Positions 53,340-60,922 of a stretch of 64,000 nucleotides of DNA are shown one piece after another. Made by a program: the position numbers and the translations under genes. Source of the DNA: a virus; the IMG/VR virus record IMGVR_UViG_3300045988_173816, positions 96,001 through 160,000 of that record. One strand, given 5' to 3'. Every line of letters starts with the position of its first letter. The stretch's first letter is position 1. The notes below the pieces were generated by a model that ran no database searches, was not told the DNA's origin, and was given only the letters and a program-made list of their open reading frames with translations.

Positions 53340-54233
53340 ATGAACAAACGAATTAAGCGAAAACACATAGCAAAACAAAACAAAAACATGATAGAAAGCA
53401 CATTGAAGTATTTAAAGCAATTAGGTCTTACTCCATTTAATATTGAATATCCTAACGGTTACTTTGTTTTTGAAAATAAAAACTCTTATGAAATGATGCA
53501 CTTCCAACTCAAAGAGAACCCGGATTTCTTATTTGGTGTATGGTACAAGGAATATACTCTTGAAAATCCAAGTCGAGTAGTAAAATTGCCCCTTATTTTT
53601 GGTGAACGTTTGAGTATTTTGGATAAGTTCAAACCTTCACGTGCAGAGTGGTCTCCACTTTACAACACTTACATTGATAAGAATTTAGAGTATGACTTAT
53701 CAGAGTATTGGTCTATTTTGCGTTTGTTACCTGATTTCGTAAAAGCTCCTTGGCGCTATATTCCTTATGAGTCAGAAGAAGAGTTCCAAAAGCTAGAGAA
53801 CTACTTTGAGTTGACAGCTAAGTACACGGAGGGAGTTTTAAAAGCTCTTTGCACTAAGGTAGAACACAAGTTCAAAGAGTTACATATCCCTTTCGGTATC
53901 CTTGTAAAAGATCCTTATTGGTCTCACAAAAATTTGTATTTGATTTTTGAAGAGGGTACTCCTCAAGAGCAAATTGACTTAGTTTTTGAGAGTTTGGATA
54001 AGTTTGTTCGATTTGATTTGGATGATGAAGTGAAAGAGTTAACTAAATCTTTGAATTGCACGGAATACGTTAATGGTTATGAATATGATTTTAATTGGCA
54101 TTTAGATTATTATTGGACAGCTTCAAAAGAAACGCTCAAAAAAGCCAAATCTATGAACTTCATGGAGTTGAACAAAGCGTTTAAAGAGATGAACCTCAAA
54201 GGTTCAAATTTCACACGATTGATTGGAGATTAA
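53340..54233 (+). CDS. hypothetical protein with a basic MNKRIKRKH N-terminus
   Basis: 297 aa. Confidence 0.75.
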   Translation: MNKRIKRKHIAKQNKNMIESTLKYLKQLGLTPFNIEYPNGYFVFENKNSYEMMHFQLKENPDFLFGVWYKEYTLENPSRVVKLPLIFGERLSILDKFKPSRAEWSPLYNTYIDKNLEYDLSEYWSILRLLPDFVKAPWRYIPYESEEEFQKLENYFELTAKYTEGVLKALCTKVEHKFKELHIPFGILVKDPYWSHKNLYLIFEEGTPQEQIDLVFESLDKFVRFDLDDEVKELTKSLNCTEYVNGYEYDFNWHLDYYWTASKETLKKAKSMNFMELNKAFKEMNLKGSNFTRLIGD

Positions 54234-54235
54234 GC

Positions 54236-54574
54236 ATGGAAAAGAGATATGACAGCGAAATTTTTCAGATTTTGCACTATTTCAACAATTACCTAGACAC
54301 TAAATCTAAGGTAGAACTTAGAAAAGCAGAAGTTTGGGTATCCTTGCTACAAAAATCGGTTGAAGAATTGGATATTTTCACTGAGTTTTATGTAGATGTT
54401 TTCTACCGTTCTGTTCTATATAGGTTCTTAAATGAATCGAATATTGAACTGACAGACACCCAAGTTTCTTTGATTCAACGTATTCATGCAAAACGCAGAG
54501 TTTCGTCTTATACTGATTACATTTTGTTAGCTAACTTACTTTCTGAGCTATACAAAAGATTTTCTAACAGATAA
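54236..54574 (+). CDS. hypothetical protein
   Basis: Starts 3 nt after the upstream stop. Confidence 0.7.
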   Translation: MEKRYDSEIFQILHYFNNYLDTKSKVELRKAEVWVSLLQKSVEELDIFTEFYVDVFYRSVLYRFLNESNIELTDTQVSLIQRIHAKRRVSSYTDYILLANLLSELYKRFSNR

Positions 54575-54581
54575 AATACAT

Positions 54582-54613
54582 GAGAGAATATTTTGGGGTA
54601 TTCTCTCTTTTTA
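54582..54613 (+). terminator. intrinsic terminator
   Basis: GAGAGAATA-TTTTGGGG-TATTCTCTC, then TTTTT. Confidence 0.8.
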
Positions 54614-54614
54614 T

Positions 54615-54643
54615 TTGACAAAACGAGCAAGTTTTAGTATAAT
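54615..54643 (+). promoter_or_regulatory. sigma-A type promoter
   Basis: TTGACA, 17 bp spacer, TATAAT (no TG extension). Confidence 0.75.
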
Positions 54644-54674
54644 AAAGAAAATTGATGAGAGAGTAGTAAATGAT

Positions 54675-55496
54675 ATGAACACAGTGACAGTAAAACAATC
54701 TGACATTCAAGAGCTTCTATTTTATGCTCAACAAAATAAAATTGATTTCTTTATCGCAGGGTATGGAAAGAACCCCTTAATTGCCTTTTTGGAACAGTAC
54801 GCAAATTACTTCACCTTTAAAACTTATAAGATTGGTGATTTATATTGTACTGAGAAATCAGATTTTAAATCCACTTTTTACAAAGGATTTTGCACCTTTG
54901 AAGAATTTCAAGCAGAGCGCCAACAGGCTGAGGATTCTAAATTTGGTGTAACTGAGATTATAGACTTCGAGGATTACTCTTACTTGACCAGAGATGAAAC
55001 AGGTACTTTCCTTATTGACTTTTACGACAGTGGTATCCAAAACTCCAATGAGTTCGCTGAAATTCCAGTTGCGGACTTAGAAAGTTTAGTTAGTTTTGCA
55101 GAGAAAAGTAGCACTCCAAAATACCTAGTTTTGGAAGATGGTAGTTTCGCTTTAAATGTGTTCTTCGCATTTGTTTCTGCATATACTCCAAGAGAGTTGC
55201 ATTATTGTACAGTAGAGTCTACAGATAAAACTACAGGTTTCACTACTCAAACCGTCTCACTTATGTCTTTAGCTAAGTTCAAAGAGATGTGGTACAAACT
55301 AGATCGAAAATATGAGTGTGAATGTAAGCATGATTGGGGGCGAAACTGTGACTGTGACGGTTACGAAGACGGTTATGATTTAACTTATATTCGCAAAGTT
55401 AAGTCATTAAAAGATGGTCACACCTTTAACTTCGAGAATCCTACAACTTTAGGGAAGTACACTCATTGGGTATCTTTACCTTCTGAGTTGTCCTAA
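54675..55496 (+). CDS. hypothetical protein with a Cys-rich C-terminal patch (CECKHDWGRNCDCDG)
   Basis: The track ORF begins at the TTG of the -35 box, so it was trimmed to ATG-54675. Confidence 0.65.
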   Translation: MNTVTVKQSDIQELLFYAQQNKIDFFIAGYGKNPLIAFLEQYANYFTFKTYKIGDLYCTEKSDFKSTFYKGFCTFEEFQAERQQAEDSKFGVTEIIDFEDYSYLTRDETGTFLIDFYDSGIQNSNEFAEIPVADLESLVSFAEKSSTPKYLVLEDGSFALNVFFAFVSAYTPRELHYCTVESTDKTTGFTTQTVSLMSLAKFKEMWYKLDRKYECECKHDWGRNCDCDGYEDGYDLTYIRKVKSLKDGHTFNFENPTTLGKYTHWVSLPSELS

Positions 55497-55654
55497 TTCG
55501 TTCTCAGACTGTCCTAATTTGCCCCAGTTTCGTCTTAGTTTAGTCTGAGGTAGAAATATACTTTAAAGATTTAAAATGCGATACGGAGCAAATTAGAGGG
55601 TTTTAAGATTAAGTTTTAAAAATACAAATAAACAAATAAAAGGGAGATTTTATT

Positions 55655-56098
55655 ATGCAAAAATATTCACAGGTTTCTATAGCAGGTTTACTGTCAGAGT
55701 CAGACTTTTTAGATTTTCTAACTTCACATGGAGTTGAAATCATTGAAGGTTCTATTGCAAATGTGGATTTAGAGTTAGAACGTCAGAGAAATTCTTGTAA
55801 AGAGCTTCATCGTACAGAGTTAAAAGGGGTTATATCAGGTAAATACCTAGTTCGGTATCGAGGTAAGAAGTTTGCTCTGTCTTACTTTTACGAAGACACT
55901 TCTTATGTTGATAAAACTAAATTTCAATTTACTAGTGCTGAGGAAGATTCGCATTTTGTTTCGTCAAGAGCTTACATTAGTGCCTTGACACATGAAGTTA
56001 CGATAGACTTATTGAGAAAGTTGGCTTTGCATTTTGATGCTTACATTTTTGAAAACTTTGACAACTCTGTTGAAAGAGTCTTTCGTAAGGTTAAATAA
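55655..56098 (+). CDS. hypothetical protein
   Basis: AAGGGAG SD. 147 aa. Confidence 0.75.
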   Translation: MQKYSQVSIAGLLSESDFLDFLTSHGVEIIEGSIANVDLELERQRNSCKELHRTELKGVISGKYLVRYRGKKFALSYFYEDTSYVDKTKFQFTSAEEDSHFVSSRAYISALTHEVTIDLLRKLALHFDAYIFENFDNSVERVFRKVK

Positions 56099-56115
56099 AA
56101 ATTTTTAGTTATTAA

Positions 56116-56143
56116 GAAAAACAAGCATTGCGCTTGTTTTCTG
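56116..56143 (+). terminator. intrinsic terminator overlapping the next promoter
   Basis: GAAAAACAAGC-ATTGC-GCTTGTTTTC. Confidence 0.7.
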
Positions 56144-56156
56144 TTTGTGGTAAACT
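56128..56156 (+). promoter_or_regulatory. sigma-A type promoter (weak -35)
   Basis: TTGCGC, 17 bp spacer, TGgTAAACT. Confidence 0.5.
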
Positions 56157-56185
56157 AAACTAAAAGACAGTAAAGAGGTTTCAGT

Positions 56186-56434
56186 ATGTCGGAGTTGAGT
56201 CTAATCGAAAAAATGCGCCTAATTCTAAGGCACGAAGTTCTTTATTTTTCTTTGGATAAACCAAGGCAAGAAGAGACGCTTGATGCTTTAGAGTGGCTTG
56301 AGTCTGAGGAGAATTGTAGATTGGTTTCAGAGGATTTTGTAGGTTTACCAAAGAGAATTTGGGTAACAAGAACCGTAGCAATAAAGGGGAGGTATAAAGA
56401 TGTTTTTAGGCTTACCAACGTTGTCTCTTTCTAA
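56186..56434 (+). CDS. 82-aa hypothetical protein
   Basis: AAGAGG SD. The 3' end overlaps the next gene by 35 nt. Confidence 0.55.
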   Translation: MSELSLIEKMRLILRHEVLYFSLDKPRQEETLDALEWLESEENCRLVSEDFVGLPKRIWVTRTVAIKGRYKDVFRLTNVVSF

Positions 56435-57131
56435 TATTTTAGAGAACTTAAAGTCTTTAAATGAACACTTACAAGGGCTAGGTCAAACTGCTAAAATTAT
56501 TATAACAGGTGGTTCAGCGGTATCCATACTTTCCGGAGGTTTGCGACAAACCTCTGATATTGATTACCTTGGGTCTCTGCCTTTGACAGAAAAAGAACTA
56601 TATCAATTTCAGATGTCCAATGACGTAGAAAAGATTTTCGTAGTCCCAGATATTTCTGAGGTCTCATTCGATAAAGAATTGAACTATTCAAACTTAACTG
56701 TTTTGGTTTTATCTTGGGAAGATTTAGCAATTATGAAATTCTACTCAACACGTGAAAAAGACCTCCAAGATTTGAAAAACTTTATCTTGCCTAATATCTA
56801 TGACTTCAAGAAATTGAAAACTAGGTTGGATTACTATAAAGCTGACTACATTTTTGACTTGGATAACCCAGATTTGAACTTAAATCAATATATTCAAATT
56901 TTAGCTGAGTTAAAACAATTACATCATATCTTGGTAGTAGACCCAACTCAAACTTTAGAACAAGTCTTGAAAACAAATAGGCTCTACAGTAAGTTTATCA
57001 GATTTGCTGACAACTATGTTATCCCTCTAAACTTAGAGGTTTGGCTCCCCAATTCGGTATCTTTTTGCCTATCCGATTATGGTTTTGCTGAGTTCTTTCA
57101 AGCAGCGACAACTTATCAACTTAGAATTTAA
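56400..57131 (+). CDS. nucleotidyltransferase-fold protein (DUF6036/MNT-like, tentative)
   Basis: GGGGAGG SD. IIITGGSAVSIL..RQTSDIDYLG fits the GS..DxD NTase signature. WEDLAIMKFYSTREKDLQDL fits the downstream helix. Confidence 0.45.
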   Translation: MFLGLPTLSLSNILENLKSLNEHLQGLGQTAKIIITGGSAVSILSGGLRQTSDIDYLGSLPLTEKELYQFQMSNDVEKIFVVPDISEVSFDKELNYSNLTVLVLSWEDLAIMKFYSTREKDLQDLKNFILPNIYDFKKLKTRLDYYKADYIFDLDNPDLNLNQYIQILAELKQLHHILVVDPTQTLEQVLKTNRLYSKFIRFADNYVIPLNLEVWLPNSVSFCLSDYGFAEFFQAATTYQLRI

Positions 57132-57134
57132 CTA

Positions 57135-57182
57135 GAAAAGCGAAGAAAGTCCTTATAATTATTGACTTTCTTTTCGTTTTTT
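57135..57182 (+). terminator. terminator hairpin overlapping the next promoter
   Basis: GAAGAAAGTC ... GACTTTCTTT stem plus a T-run. The -35 TTGACT lies in the 3' arm. Confidence 0.6.
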
Positions 57183-57190
57183 GGTACAAT
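57162..57190 (+). promoter_or_regulatory. sigma-A type promoter
   Basis: TTGACT, 17 bp spacer, TGgTACAAT. Confidence 0.7.
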
Positions 57191-57226
57191 AATAACAATA
57201 AAACATGAAAGTTAGGTTTAGGTGAT

Positions 57227-57658
57227 TTGAAAAGACAAACTAAGAGAAAGCATAATATTTTAGGTAGAGACTGGCGCAAAGAGTTGGATCAAAAGTTTGC
57301 AAAACTACCTCGAAATGTTGAGCAAGAAAAAGTTGAAATTGGACATTTAGATGCTTATTTTACCGATTTCCAAGATACAGAGTTTACAACTGTATTCTCT
57401 GCGTTCGGGTATCATACAACTTTTGATGGGTTTAGTTTCCGACCAGAAGCAGAAGTGTCTCTTTTGCATACAGATAAAGATTTTTATTTAAAAATTCGTG
57501 GGTTTTTTGAAACCTTTGAGTTTACTGATTCTGATAAAGCAGAATTATGGTTATTAAGAAGAGCTGAAACTGCTTACTTCATGAAAAAGAAGTTGGTTGA
57601 AAATTACTTACTTTCTCTAGTTGTGATGATTCGTAGTATGAAAGCTCGCAGAGGGTAG
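57227..57658 (+). CDS. hypothetical protein with a basic MKRQTKRKH N-terminus
   Basis: TTG start close behind AGGTGA. 143 aa. Confidence 0.6.
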   Translation: MKRQTKRKHNILGRDWRKELDQKFAKLPRNVEQEKVEIGHLDAYFTDFQDTEFTTVFSAFGYHTTFDGFSFRPEAEVSLLHTDKDFYLKIRGFFETFEFTDSDKAELWLLRRAETAYFMKKKLVENYLLSLVVMIRSMKARRG

Positions 57659-57661
57659 TAT

Positions 57662-59428
57662 ATGCTTTATTTAGTTGGAGATTCCAATACTGCTAAGAGT
57701 TTTGTCTTAATTGATGCTAAGTCTCAGCACTATTATAAATCAAATATGCAAACAACTTGGAAGTCTTTAGATGCTTACCTTTACTCAGTAAATCCCTACA
57801 ACTTAAGTAAACTTTACAAGCTGAGAGAACAAGTTGAATTAGGTTTGGAAGTATTGTTTTTACCTATTGAGCCTTATGTAACAGGACAAGCTAAGTATTT
57901 AGCTCTAGAAAAGTTCAGGAACTATTATGTGTATAAACCTTGGGAGGGTGTTCCTAGCTTTATTTTCTTAGATAAGTTCATTGACCTTTGGGTATCCCAA
58001 GGTGGTTGCACTCACGAAGAGTTGCAGAACTTTTTAAAGCAGTCTTATGTAAAGTTGGATTCTAAGTCTTTTGACCCTTATGAATACGAAAATAAGAAGA
58101 CAGAGAAACGCCCAAATTCCTCTGTTTCAGGTCAATCGAAGGATTCCACTGTGATTGATGAGTTTCAACGAACTCGTCAACTAAAACTATTGAGGAACGG
58201 TCTGAAGAATATAGTTTCAAAAAGAACTGCACAAGTCGAATTAGAGATACAAAAGAGTCTTGAAAAAGCCGAGGAGACTAAACGACTTAAGCAAGCATCT
58301 GAGAACAAAAGACTGCGGTATCAACGAAAAGCTGAGAGAGGTTTACGTTCTACTATTGAGAATAAGCTCAATCGTTTGAGTAGTTACACTATTCGTAAGA
58401 ACAGAGATATAGAAACTGCGGTATTCACTAATATCAAAGGTGAAGTAGTTTCTGTGAAAGACTTCTTACTAAGTGAATTTGGTTCTAGTTACTTAAATGT
58501 GCCATTTACAACTCATGAGATTGTAATTGGAAGTGAGGTTATAGGTGGTCTTTTAACTTTAAATTTAACTGAGTTATCACGTACAAAGATTACAGATTTT
58601 GTTTACTATTACTATAATATGTACCTCTATACTTTCAAGTATGAAAGATTTTCTTTCAAGGATTTAAAGGACTCTGAGTTCAAACGTTTACAGACTATGT
58701 TTGATTTTAGATGTGAGTTTGACCACTTTAAAGATAGCGGTTTATTCTTCAAGTTAGGTTTAGTAAATAATCATAACCCTTTTGCAAAGTGGGATGATAC
58801 GGCAGAACGTTATGAAAATACAGTATTTACTATATGTGAACTTAGCAGAGAACTGACAAAAACGGATATTTACTTTTCCGTATCTTATTGGTTTGAAAGA
58901 CACACTGATACTGTGACTTCTGTTAAATACAAAGAACGCCAATGGTTGAACAGAGAAGTGATTGAGTCAGAAATTCCTAAGAACAACACTAATATTGTCT
59001 ATGTTTGTTATTTACCAGATAGCCAAGTTATAAAAGTTGGTAGAACTGAGAATTGGGTATCTCGAAGAGGGGTATACACTCGTTCTAGTGGTAACAATCC
59101 TAAAACAAATGGTCGTATGAGACTCTGTTACTTTTGGGAAACGTTTAAAACAGGAGATTCTGTGATTGATAAATACATAATGTTCTGCGCAGAAGACCAT
59201 TTAAAGCGTTTGGCTAATGAGAAGATGAGTTTGGTTGAAGGTAAAGAATACTTTGAGGGTTGTGATATAAATGAGTTTGTAACCTTAGTGAAAGATTATT
59301 TCTCTAAACTTGATTTAGAGACTCTTTTACAGATTAGAAGTTTAAGTAAACTCAAGCACTTTGCACAAAATGAACGTTATAATACAGAATGCCTAATTGT
59401 CGAGTTAAGACGATTAGCGAACTTATAA
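57662..59428 (+). CDS. 588-aa protein with a C-terminal T5orf172/GIY-YIG-superfamily-like domain (tentative)
   Basis: IVYVCYLPDSQVIKVGRTENWVSRRGVY ... AEDHLKRLAN ... EGKEYFEG resembles the T5orf172 (PF10544) pattern. The central region is K/E/R-rich. Confidence 0.5.
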   Translation: MLYLVGDSNTAKSFVLIDAKSQHYYKSNMQTTWKSLDAYLYSVNPYNLSKLYKLREQVELGLEVLFLPIEPYVTGQAKYLALEKFRNYYVYKPWEGVPSFIFLDKFIDLWVSQGGCTHEELQNFLKQSYVKLDSKSFDPYEYENKKTEKRPNSSVSGQSKDSTVIDEFQRTRQLKLLRNGLKNIVSKRTAQVELEIQKSLEKAEETKRLKQASENKRLRYQRKAERGLRSTIENKLNRLSSYTIRKNRDIETAVFTNIKGEVVSVKDFLLSEFGSSYLNVPFTTHEIVIGSEVIGGLLTLNLTELSRTKITDFVYYYYNMYLYTFKYERFSFKDLKDSEFKRLQTMFDFRCEFDHFKDSGLFFKLGLVNNHNPFAKWDDTAERYENTVFTICELSRELTKTDIYFSVSYWFERHTDTVTSVKYKERQWLNREVIESEIPKNNTNIVYVCYLPDSQVIKVGRTENWVSRRGVYTRSSGNNPKTNGRMRLCYFWETFKTGDSVIDKYIMFCAEDHLKRLANEKMSLVEGKEYFEGCDINEFVTLVKDYFSKLDLETLLQIRSLSKLKHFAQNERYNTECLIVELRRLANL

Positions 59429-59449
59429 ATTTAGAGAGATGATAAAAAC

Positions 59450-59893
59450 ATGGCAAACAAACTAAGAGAGATGGGTTCTCTTTCAGCGGGTAAACGCGAG
59501 GAAAACATTTATAAGGTCTTCGCTTACTTGCATACAAGGGAACAATTTCACCCAGTAAACTTACGAAGTAAGGTTCAGGTTTCGGATAGGACAATTCTAT
59601 CTTATCTAAACCAAATTCAAGAAGCGCAGCTTTTAACTGAGTCTTATCGAGAACGGTTATTAGAGTTGAAAGCAACAGAACAGTTCCGTCAAGGGTCTAA
59701 AACTGATAAAGAGCTTTCTATTTTGGATCAGTTGGAAAATAAGTGGCTTTCACTTGCTGAAAACACCAAGGGTATCAAGGAAGAACGTAAGCGCCAATTA
59801 GAGCAGTTTGTGTTTACACGTGAAAATGAATTAGAAATGTTGTGGCAGCGTTTGGAGTTCTCTATCTTGTTTTTTGAGATGGTAAAGGGGTAG
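59450..59893 (+). CDS. hypothetical protein, possible winged-helix/HTH N-domain
   Basis: IYKVFAYLHTREQFHPVNLRSKVQVSDRTILSYLNQIQEAQLL is HTH-like. The call is weak. Confidence 0.3.
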   Translation: MANKLREMGSLSAGKREENIYKVFAYLHTREQFHPVNLRSKVQVSDRTILSYLNQIQEAQLLTESYRERLLELKATEQFRQGSKTDKELSILDQLENKWLSLAENTKGIKEERKRQLEQFVFTRENELEMLWQRLEFSILFFEMVKG

Positions 59894-59897
59894 CCGA

Positions 59898-60587
59898 GTG
59901 GAAGATAAAGTGTTTGAAACTGTAGAAACTAAAGATTCGGTTTTGATTGAAGAAATACCTAACGATTTAGGTTCTTTTTGGTCTCAATTCAATTTGAATT
60001 TACCTTATACTTTTTGGATTTGTTTCGGTTTAAGTATACTTGCGTTACTGTTTGTTTTACCTTATGTTTTTTATGGGAGGGAATTACTTTGGTATTTAGT
60101 AGGTCTTTGGGTACTTGTTACGATATACTTAGTTCTTGCAATTAGGTTGAGCTTTTCCTTTACAAGCTCTAAGCTTGTCAAAATTTCAATTATCCCACTG
60201 TCTATTGTAGTTTTAGGTTTAGGTTTTAGAATGTTGAACTTAGATGCTCATGTTAAAGTGAATTATCAGGAGCAAGTTGCGGGGTTTCCTTACGATATTA
60301 TAACTAGTGAAATTGCTAATCCACTTGTAGGAGATAGTGAGTCATTCACTATTTCAGTAAAATCTGAAGACTTTAAATTTAAAGGTCCAGATTTTGAAAG
60401 TTTAGCTACTAAGGTTCGTAGTGGTTCAAAAGAGTATTATAAGGGTTCACTCGAAGAATTTAAACCATTCACGATTTACTATGGTTTAGACGCTCAAGGT
60501 AAAGTTGGCGACATTAGAGGTAAACGTACAGTTTACGGTTGGTTCGGTTCAACCTCTACGGATTTTGTAATTGAGTTAGAAAGGTAA
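59898..60587 (+). CDS. membrane protein (3 TM) with a soluble C-terminal domain
   Basis: GTG start. TM helices FWICFGLSILALLFVLPYVF, LLWYLVGLWVLVTIYLVLAI and ISIIPLSIVVLGLGF. Confidence 0.7.
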   Translation: MEDKVFETVETKDSVLIEEIPNDLGSFWSQFNLNLPYTFWICFGLSILALLFVLPYVFYGRELLWYLVGLWVLVTIYLVLAIRLSFSFTSSKLVKISIIPLSIVVLGLGFRMLNLDAHVKVNYQEQVAGFPYDIITSEIANPLVGDSESFTISVKSEDFKFKGPDFESLATKVRSGSKEYYKGSLEEFKPFTIYYGLDAQGKVGDIRGKRTVYGWFGSTSTDFVIELER

Positions 60588-60592
60588 ATAAT

Positions 60593-60922
60593 ATGAGTAA
60601 GCAACTTATTATTTCCTTTGATGTTTCCTCTATACCAATCACAAGTGAGTTTTTAGCTTTATCTTTCTTACACGCATTTGAGAAAGAACTTAAAGAACCT
60701 ATTCCGAAATTGGAGAGCTTTAGAGTTACTTCAGTCTACAAAGTATTAACTTGGTTAGAGTTTCATTACTTAAATGATTTATTTTTAACAGAAGACGAGC
60801 GGTATCACTTACGTTACGTACACTTTATGTTATACAATCTTAACCGAAGTGGTGCAATAACTGAGGTTCATTTTCGAGTCTTGCAAAACGATTTTACACA
60901 TGAAATTACAATTAGAAAGTGA
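60593..60922 (+). CDS. hypothetical protein (109 aa)
   Basis: Starts 6 nt after the upstream stop. Confidence 0.7.
   Translation: MSKQLIISFDVSSIPITSEFLALSFLHAFEKELKEPIPKLESFRVTSVYKVLTWLEFHYLNDLFLTEDERYHLRYVHFMLYNLNRSGAITEVHFRVLQNDFTHEITIRK

Noticed and set aside
54615-54674. N-terminal extension of ORF 54615..55496.
   Set aside because: The TTG 'start' is the -35 hexamer of a consensus promoter, so it would not be transcribed from that promoter. The gene was trimmed to ATG-54675.
536-59675. All minus-strand ORFs in the track, for example 536..757, 1869..2081, 12881..13084, 15738..15989, 17553..18026, 21177..21497, 37842..38093 and 59352..59675.
   Set aside because: Each is short, lacks a Shine-Dalgarno sequence and lies antisense inside a longer, well-supported + strand gene. 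ORF 17553..18026 is an artefact of the Pro-rich coding repeats. No minus-strand promoter or terminator signals were seen.
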